A DNA stretch of 63,238 nucleotides, filler included, from Octopus bimaculoides (lineage: Eukaryota), in NCBI RefSeq assembly GCF_001194135.2. It is 5 parts of 3 records of this genome, joined end to end, with 100 filler letters (N's around TTAATTAATTAA, not from the genome) between each part and the next. Parts side by side here need not be neighbours in the genome. Positions count along the whole stretch, not along the records: positions 31,670 to 61,401 come from NC_068989.1; positions 61,502 to 63,238 come from NC_068983.1; 3 more parts are not named here. One strand, written 5' to 3'. Shown piece after piece: positions 54,456 through 63,238 of the stretch (its first letter is position 1; the number at the start of each line of letters is the position of its first letter). The notes under the pieces are model-generated. The model saw nothing but the letters and a program-made list of their open reading frames with translations. It was not told the origin of the DNA and searched no databases. The translations under genes and the position numbers were made by a program.

Positions 54456-56290
54456 TAATTTCATTATTATTATTTTTATTATTATTATTATTTTTATTAT
54501 TGCTATTGTTGTTGTTGTTTTTAATTGGATCAAGAAATTTTGTTTCAGTTATTTGGGTGCTGCTGATCATCTAGTTTAGCTTACGCCTAGCACCAGCTCT
54601 ACCCCAGCCATACTCCAGAAGAGGGAAGAGCAACGTAGAAACTGAAAGGATATTTTAATTAAGCTTATTGATGTTGAGAATTGGAAAGTTTGGTTATTAT
54701 ATATTATATGATATATCGTATGACCAAACAACATTGCTGTTTCCTTTATCGTAATACGACATAAACAAAATGGACATTTTCAATAGATATGAAAGAAAAA
54801 AAACAACACAACACAACACTGAAAGAATTTCAATTCATTGTAGGGAGACATGAAGCTGAATAAAAAATAGAAAAAGTGTCTCTTATTTTCCTGTGGGAAA
54901 ATATCTAACAATATCACTTTCTGGATAATCTTTCGCATTTTAGGCACGAAATTAGCTATTTTGTATAGAGGGGGTAAACCGCTTATATCGACCAGTATTT
55001 GACTGGTACGTTATTTTATCGACACTGAAAGGTTGAAAGGTAAAGTTGACCACTCTGGGATTTGAAGTCAGGAAATAAAGAGTTGGAAGAAATTCCGCTA
55101 AACATTATGTCTAACGCGATAACGGTTCTACCATGTAAACACCTTATTATTAAGTGTAATAATCATTTCTAATATAGGTAACACATTTGGAGAAGGAAGA
55201 GTTTGTCGATTACAGTGAGCCAAGTCTTTAACTGGTATTTTATTTTGTTAATCACAAAAAGATGAAGGGCAAAGTTACTTAGCGAAATTTGAACGTAGAA
55301 TATGAAGAACCGGAACAAATAAAGTTAGGTATCGTATCTGACACTCTACCGATTCTGTCAACCAACTGGCTCCCAACTGTTATGCATAAAATATTGCAGA
55401 AGGACAAATTTTGGCAGTACATGGTGCCCATTTTAATAACTTAGTCAAAATCTAAATTGAGAATCAGTAAAGATGAAGTTATATTTTATTTTGGCCCATA
55501 CATACGCGTAGTGAATATGGACTGTCTCCACCACCACCACCACCACCACTACTACTACTGTCCGGAACCTAGTTAACTCAGTAGTCTTTGCTTTTGTTTA
55601 TTAGGAAATAAAACTAAATTTTAAAGTTAAATAAAGATAATTATTTTAAAGCAAGTTTAAGAATAACGACAATATATTTTACTGACGAGAGAAGACTCAA
55701 CCTTGAAAGCAGAGTCAAATTTGTTATATCAGGCGAAAGTCCCCATTAAGAGAACGACTTTTATAAAAACGTTAAATTTATGCTTGCAGCATTTCCATAA
55801 TTTTTGAGACTAGTGTATATGTATTTACCTGTTGGATTTTGGCAATGTTTGGTGAATGTTTCACAGCAAGCATCGTTACTGGTGTTGACTTTACCATTGA
55901 AAAAGTAGCAGTTTTTTGTGTCGTTGTCAAATGTTACTGACTGGCATTGACTGTCGTTGAGACATGCGCTAGTACAATCCTTTGAGGATGCAGCAGCTAC
56001 TGTTTTATAAGAATTTGAAACCTCGTTCCTTGTACTGGATTCATAGGAGAGCTGACAGACCTCGGCTAAAATATTAAAATGGAGAGAGGATCATTAAAAA
56101 ATCGCATTGTATATAAACATACATATATCGAAATGTAAATGTATCCGTCGGTTTCAAGGTTGAGTATTTCAGATTCTGTCGGCCGATTTTTGTCTGGAAA
56201 TAGCAACGAAGTGTGCACGCTGACCAACTGTTCTATCAATAATAAGGACACAAGTTCGAGGGCCTAGACACACATACACATATGCATACA

Positions 56291-56529
56291 TATATATTAG
56301 AAAAAATAAGGTACTCAGATAACTGGATGGTTGTACATTTACAGATTTTTATTAATATGTCATATGTTTTTATAAATTACCGCTTGCATCTATTCTTGTA
56401 GATTCTCCAGAGAATCTACAAGATCAGATGCAAGCGCTAATTTATAGAAAAAATTGACATATTAATAAAAATCTGTAAATGTACAACCATCCAGATATTT
56501 AAGTACCTTATTATTTTTTCTAATATATA
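56291..56529. repeat. ~240-bp inverted repeat, probably a Penelope-related tail-to-tail duplication
   Basis: The arms pair almost throughout, with a 4-nt loop at 56407-56410; the right arm and its flank recur at 28895-29015. Confidence 0.8.
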
Positions 56530-56560
56530 ATTCCTGTACATCACCTCCAAAGTTTCTCAT

Positions 56561-56595
<35 letters not shown>

Positions 56596-56843
56596 CACAC
56601 ACATATATGTATATATATACAAATAAAAGGATAAAAGATTATTAATTTATCAATAAATTAATAATTTCTACCAAGCCCTTAGGTATGTAAACACCATTAT
56701 CGGTGAAGAACTTATTTAAAAGTTCTTATACGTTTATAAACATAATTAAGGGTGATCCCCGTTGCTGATCCCTTAATTATGTTTATTTATATATATATAC
56801 ATACATACATACATGCATACACTTACATACATATATATGTGTA

Positions 56844-56895
<52 letters not shown>

Positions 56896-57300
56896 CATAC
56901 ATATATATGCATACATATATATACATATATATATACATACATAACATTCATATACATACATATATATATACATATATGTACACATACATAACATTCATAT
57001 ACATGCATGCACATATATACAAACATGCATACATATATATGTATATATACATACATATATATATATATGCATACATACATATATATACATAGATATATAT
57101 ACATACATACAAACATACATATATATATATATACATACATACATACATGCATACACTTACATACATATATATGTGTATGTGTGTGTCTATATATATATAT
57201 ATAGACATACACACACAGGCAGACAAATCTTGTATGCGTTTATTACTAAGCGTTAGAATAAATTTATGATGAAAATAGCGTACTAAACTAGTAGTCTTAC

Positions 57301-57510
57301 CGTATGTATAATCTTCGTGACAACTGCATATGCTGTCCATTGCTTCTTCGTTAACAATACAAACGTTTCCGTGACACTTTGATACATTGCACGGATTCTC
57401 TCTGACGCTGCATGTTTTTCCAGACAACCCGCTTGGGCACTGACACTCAAAACCACCAACTAAATCAGTGCAATTTCCGTTAAAAAGACATGGAGAGCTT
57501 GCACAATCGT
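57301..57510 (-). CDS. Exon 3: calcium-binding EGF plus the first five Cys of the next [73 protein letters not shown]
   Basis: Acceptor accctttcag, donor GTAAGA; 210 nt, phase 1 to 1; cbEGF consensus D-D-C...C-x-D-x4-F-x-C. Confidence 0.95.
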
Positions 57511-57980
57511 CTGAAAGGGTAACAAACGTAAGTGGTAATAAGAAAAAGAAAAACCCCAAAGAAATATAGAGATTTAATTATTCTTGTTCAAATTTGGCTG
57601 CGTATATTGAACAGGACACCTAAACAAAGTATTCAATATTAAACGTTTTAATACATGATGAGGACTCTTGTATTTAACAAACATTTTTATTGCCACGTTG
57701 GAAAAAAAAAGGCACCTCACGTTAACTATATGGCTTTCAAAGATGTTTGTTTTATGAGGTAACACTGCCCACTACGCTTTCACGGCAACCAGGGAAAAGT
57801 AAGGCAACAAATTACGCTAAGCAGAAACTGAAGCCAGTTGATTCAATTGCCTGCCTCGCCCTGTGACTTAATCACTCGTAGGTATTTACACAGGAACACT
57901 AAATGTATGTTTATTAAACAATTAGTTACTAAGTCTGTTTACATATTCAATCTGAAATATGATGTGACTGTTACACACAT

Positions 57981-58280
57981 ACATGAAGACTGTCCAAAAA
58001 GAAAATGAACTTTTAAAACGGTACGTCATTCGGTCGGAGCAGCGTGCATGCGATTGCAGTGGATGGGTAGCCTCGACCTCAGTTTAATAAGAGCCACCTC
58101 AGGTAGTAATTATTATAGAAGTGGTAAAGCGAGGGTATGTGTAGTACATTGGGTGATCTGTCTCAAGTTTAACAACGTGGGACTTGGAAGAGCAATGAGT
58201 TCGTGTAGAATTCTGTCTTAAATTTCGAAAAAGCAAAACGAGAACATCCTTTAAAACTTTTACAAAGACTTTTTTCTAAT
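57981..58280 (+). mobile_element. Mariner 5' fragment
   Basis: TIR-like start (tacatgaagactgtccaaaaag) and a degenerate N-terminus EQ*VRVEFCLKF. Confidence 0.55.
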
Positions 58281-58289
58281 GTTGCATCA

Positions 58290-58792
58290 AACCTATGGAG
58301 AGGACTGTTCGAATCGTGCGCAATGGCATGATTGGTACCAACTATTTTGACATAGTAAAAGAGCTACTGACATCATTCCAAGGCCTTGAAATGCAATATG
58401 AGCTTAAAAATCCACTTCTTGAACTCTCACTTGGACGTTTTCTCTGCAAATCTTGGAGCTGTCAGAGACGAGGACGGCGAAATGTTTCACCGGGACATTC
58501 TGAATATGGAAACCTGATACCAAGGAAAGTGGAGCTCTTCTCTGTTGGCTGATTATTGTTGGTCATTAAAAACGGACGTTCCAGAAGCTAAATACAGTCG
58601 AAAATCATACGCCTCAACGTTTTAAAGGCAAGTTTCCTAGTAATATTAGCCCAATTTTTGAATTTATGAAATATAATTGTTTAACAGTTTACATATGCTA
58701 TCACAGGAAAACTATGATTTATAGAAAAAATCGGAAAACATATTTGAATTCTGTAGATAAAATGCTATTAAGTTCACCTACTTTTGTTAGTG
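58290..58792 (+). mobile_element. DNA transposase C-terminal fragment, CMC-Chapaev3-like
   Basis: CNMSLKIHFLNSHLDVFSANLGAVRDEDGEMFHRDILNMET*YQGKWSSSLLADYCWSLK; the family assignment comes from my memory of this motif. Confidence 0.7.
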
Positions 58793-59113
58793 GTACAGAA
58801 TTTTTCATTAATTCTGTTGACCAATTATAATTGTCAGCCTTATTTCTGCATTAATATAGTACATTTATTGTCTAATTTAATTACTCTGTCAAATAAAAAT
58901 CATGCCTGATAGAAAACTTCTAAAAACAGATTCGAAATCTGCATTAAAAGTACTATAAAGTTCGTTTTCTTTAGTTTATGGGAGAGCAAAACGCTCGAAT
59001 TTTGTTCACCAGTGTAATTTATTTGTTCCACAAGTAAAAACCCCAAAACATAAAAAAACTAACAAAAAGCAAAAGACCAACAAAAATAATACAAAATGAA
59101 ACAATATATTTAC

Positions 59114-59247
59114 CAATATTGCTTTCACATTTCTCCCCTGTAAACCCGGGTAGACAGTTGCATTTAGCGCGTTCATTACCAAGATCCTCGCAACTAGAAG
59201 CATTTTGGCAAGGGTTTGCGCTACACGGCAAAACACGGGTATCACAA
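59114..59247 (-). CDS. Exon 2: EGF repeat, CDTRVLPCSANPCQNASSCEDLGNERAKCNCLPGFTGEKCESNI
   Basis: Acceptor ttttattccag, donor GTAAAT; 134 nt, phase 2 to 1, in frame with both neighbours. Confidence 0.94.
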
Positions 59248-60817
59248 CTGGAATAAAAAGTAAAAAAAAAAATAACATTTTATATATGTAATTCATGACT
59301 CCTCCCTTCACCATCTCTCTCTCTCTCTGCACACACACGTATTTATGACTGAGTAACATAAACATAATTTACACTAAACAAAAAACCCATTTTGTTATGT
59401 GTAGTGCCCTTGTACGTCACATAACTTAATGGTTCGACAAATACATACAGAGAAAAATAAGTATAAGACTGAAACAAAGACTTAGGGGTTGATACGATTG
59501 AATAAAACATCTTTAAGGGATTTAATTGGTCATATCCACTTTGGTGGTAGACTTCATTCGTCGCTTGGTTCAGTGTCACTACATGCCACGTTGACTGCCT
59601 TTAGCGGAGTTCATTGTTAGAAGAGTTAGAGTCATATCTCCTTCCCTCCTTGGAGTCATGCAGGCCCTGTAGAGAGTCATGAAAGTGTCTTCCCTCCTGA
59701 CTATAAAACCCCTGTAATTATACGCATTTTCCAATGACTGAAACTCGTAAAAGAATTAAAAAATTATGATACTTTGTGCTACATCATGTATCCTTAAAAC
59801 ATTTTAAAATCTCATTGTATCAAAAAAAGACTAATATTTTATCAATCCACAAAGTCCCTATGTTCTGGTGCCAATCTCTAGCTTTTATACTACTAAGCAG
59901 ATTAAAGTCGAACTTCTGGGACATTGATCTGCAACAGGTAATCATTGTCATTGTTTGATTCCAAGTTCACTCTGATTGAGAAGACCTATGTTCAGAGGCA
60001 TTCTAACCATGACAACTATCTTCGACTTGCTAGAAATAAAAGCCAATTTTTCAGCAGAATCTTTTTGTTATTTCTTACAAGTTAAGCGATAACACAGAAG
60101 CCAACATTGTTGGTGAGGTTGCTATTTTGACTGTAGAAAGAACTGAACTCGGAACGAATTAATTATAAAATATAACGAATTAATCATAAAATCTTCGTCA
60201 CTGCTCGGAGGGTCACTTGTTTCTCCCCTGTTGTATCTATTTACAGTTAAGTAGACTATACCATTTGAGGAGGAAAGGCATTACTCATGACACTTTACAT
60301 GGCCTCTGACACTCCGATGGTGGCGACGGAAAGGAAGACATCCTCAAGCCAGATGCCAAGCCTGAGTTCTTTCTGCAGAATGGACTCTGCTGAAGGTATC
60401 CAAGGTGGCAGCTGGTGGTGTCAAAGAAGGCATACAGTGTCGCTGGTCCAGCGCCTTGGATTAGCACTTTTTAAAATCGATCCTAGAAGGATGAAAGGCA
60501 AAGGCTACGTTGGCAGATTTGAACTCAAAGCGGAGAGAATCAGATCATATGCCACGAAACACTCTCCCCAACGCTCTAACGAGTCTGCCTATGCAAGCGC
60601 ATCGTGACCAGTGATGTATAACATCCTCTTATAATCTACTTGATCAGGTGATTATATATATATATATATACATATATGATTATTTTATCGGTCCCGTACA
60701 AGTACCAGATTTTTAAAAAATAAATATTTGTTCGACTAAACCCTTCAAGGCCGTGCCCCTGCATAGCCGCTGTCCAGTAAGTGAAGTGAAGCAAGTAAGT
60801 GATTAAAAAAAACATAC

Positions 60818-60947
60818 TGGTCGCCAGAGAATCCACTTGGACAATGACATTCATTCGAATTCAACTTGTTGATACATATTCCGTTGTTTAAGCATAAGCC
60901 AGATGTACAAGTTTTCTGGATAATTTCACACTGTGTTCCATTGGTTC
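60818..60947 (-). CDS. Exon 1 (visible): EGF repeat, GTNGTQCEIIQKTCTSGLCLNNGICINKLNSNECHCPSGFSGDH
   Basis: Acceptor tttctaccag, donor GTATGT; 130 nt, phase 1 to 2; EGF cysteine spacing. Confidence 0.92.
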
Positions 60948-62016
60948 CTGGTAGAAAGTATAAAATTATTAAAAAATACATAGATACATCCCAGTTCGAT
61001 TCAGCAGTCCCTTGTGTATGTACACACACACACACACGCATATCTATATATATGACTTCAAATTTGCAACCCGTGGTGAGGCAAAAGGTCAGGAGTTCTG
61101 GGGCCGTTGGGTGCATAAAACTACCTCTTAATTACCATATGTATATATATGTCTGCCTGTCTGTTTGTCTGTCTGTCTGTCTATATATATATATATGGGA
61201 GAATATACAAAAAATAACAACAGACGAGGACAGGTGGTGTAAATAACAAAAGTATATATTAGTATGACGCTCGGGAATACGGAAAGTCTTTGACGTTTCG
61301 AGCTACGCTCTTCAACAGAAAGAATACGGAGACAAGGAGAAAAACACGGAGAAAAAAAATTGAATAGTGTTCAGTCAACGGTCAATCATAATATATATAT
61401 ANNNNNNNNNNNNNNNNNNNNNNNNNNNNNNNNNNNNNNNNNNNNTTAATTAATTAANNNNNNNNNNNNNNNNNNNNNNNNNNNNNNNNNNNNNNNNNNN
61501 NACACAAATCCCACAGCTATGTTTATCACGAAACCCTTCTGTGAGAATTCGCTTGTCTATGTTCTTCTAAAAGAGGTGAGGTTATTTCAAAACCGATAGA
61601 ATAAGTACCAGATTTTTAAGATACAAGTACAGGGGTCGATGAGTTCCACAAAACCCTTCGTCAAGACCGGACCCTAGCATGCCTGCGGTCTAAGAAGTGA
61701 AACAAGCGAACGATATAAGATTTTCTCGTGCACCAAACAATTCATTGTGCTCCCGCTTTTTTCTGACGATTGTATCAACTCCAACGTGCCACCAGCTTTA
61801 TATTATACCCTTGACTATGCCATGGACACCCCCCCCCCCAAAAAAAAAAACATATACATACATATATGTACACTTACATACTACCACATAGGTAAAGTCC
61901 TACGTGGTAATATCCGCATATATATAAGCTGGCACAAACGCACGTACTTGTATGCGGACCTATTTGAATACTTTATTTGTGTATATGTACTTATTATCAT
62001 AACCATCGCCACGACT

Positions 62017-62055
<39 letters not shown>

Positions 62056-62094
62056 CATACATACATACATACATACATACATACATACATAGCT

Positions 62095-62385
62095 GAAGAT
62101 CAGTGAAAAAGAGAACACCTATGCTGAACTATTGAGAAATCTGCAGTTACTCTTTCCAAATTACAAGTTCAGGTTTATACCTGTAATTATTGGGATTATA
62201 AGATATGTATCACACTGCCTAAGTACTAATCGTGAGAAATTAGGCTTCTCAAAACTAGAAAGGAAAAAGCTAATTCGAAGGCTACAGATCCAATCCATCA
62301 CTGGAACTGTAAAAATCTGTAAAACTTGCCAGAAGTTTATCATTCAAATATATATAAGCATGTCTAGATATGTAACTATATGAAT
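62095..62385 (+). mobile_element. REL retrotransposon C-terminal fragment
   Basis: EKENTYAELLRNLQLLFPNYKFRFIPVIIG...LQIQSITGTVKICKT; same family as 43.4 kb and 14.9 kb. Confidence 0.8.
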
Positions 62386-62652
62386 GAGAATGCATACATA
62401 CATACATACATACATACATACATACATACATACGTGCATACCCTGTTGTTGATGTTAAAATTCCAATGAAGAAACCTTGGATCTAGGTTAGAAACCGGTT
62501 CTTTCTCTATTGGCAAGAAATCTTGCAATAAACTGAATAATGACATACATACATATATGCATACACCATCATAATCATCGTCGTCATCTCATAACAACTG
62601 TAATAGTAGCAAGAACGGCAAAAATTTTATTCCTCTTAGCTCCTTCTCTCTT

Positions 62653-62692
<40 letters not shown>

Positions 62693-63198
62693 GGTGTGTG
62701 TGTATATGTGTGAATGCGTGTGTATGAGGACACACACACAAATATATGTATTAAACATGTATATACATACATACTTTTGTGTGTTTATGTTTGTCAGTGT
62801 ATACGTACACACAGCTGCTAGATTGATAGGTAGATAGATGACTGAATATACAGACCGAAATACAGACAGATAAATAGATAGATAGATAGATTATATCATA
62901 GATTATCACATTATTATAATATGATATATCATATATTACATTATCATTATATTACATTATCATCATATTATATTATATTTAATTCTGTCTTTAATTTCTG
63001 AATCATAAAATATTCGGTATTTTACCGACAAAACGGAAACCGATGTATGGTAGTTTTCTTGGAAAGGTCACAGTAAATCATTTAAACTATTTATCCATAA
63101 CTTCATTACTGGGAGTAAGTAATTAATAATCAATAATATATACGCATCCATATACATACATGAATATATATATATAAATATATATATATATACATACA

Positions 63199-63238
<40 letters not shown>

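Larger units (their letters stand above)
32642..60947 (-). other. Partial multi-exon gene (14 visible exons): EGF-repeat / WxxW / LamG-pentraxin / HYR extracellular protein, uninflatable(uif)/SVEP1-like family
   Basis: Manual splicing gives a continuous open frame with canonical AG/GT sites. The one exception is the phase 2-to-1 junction at 42240/40184, next to an N gap. The order EGF array -> 'DYDLWF...FSMSLWINF...INDAKWHLVTL...GFHGYLSQLFFYNKSL' -> 'KTPVSLKSCP...LNWDTPVFSD' matches my recollection of uif-type proteins. Many N-x-S/T sequons fit an extracellular protein. Orthology was not tested, so no symbol is given. Confidence 0.85.

Noticed and set aside
32642-60947. Calling the gene Notch, Crumbs or EYS
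   Set aside because: A single LamG/pentraxin domain followed directly by HYR does not fit those architectures.

Overview
AT-rich eukaryotic DNA dense in microsatellites and SINEs, very probably from an octopod cephalopod (inferred from the repeat families). It consists of five assembly pieces joined by artificial 100-bp N44-TTAATTAATTAA-N44 linkers, plus ordinary N gaps. One protein-coding gene is well supported. It has 14 minus-strand exons from 60947 down to 32642 (2287 nt, about 762 codons), all with AG/GT boundaries and, except at one junction next to an N gap, matching phases. They encode the middle of a large extracellular protein: about 12 EGF/cbEGF repeats, a LamG/pentraxin-like domain and the first half of a HYR domain. 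This order resembles the uninflatable (uif)/SVEP1-like family. The most unusual feature is a two-exon, frame-neutral cassette encoding a mucin/CILP-type WxxW domain that sits between Cys5 and Cys6 of an EGF repeat; skipping it would restore an intact EGF. The rest of the window is decayed mobile DNA: R4/Dong-like and Tx1-like non-LTR fragments, RTE, Penelope-like pieces with hammerhead-like motifs, Tc1/mariner elements, a Chapaev3-like fragment, a foldback MITE with a telomere-repeat hairpin, and several tRNA-derived SINE families. No rRNA, true tRNA or CRISPR array was found.
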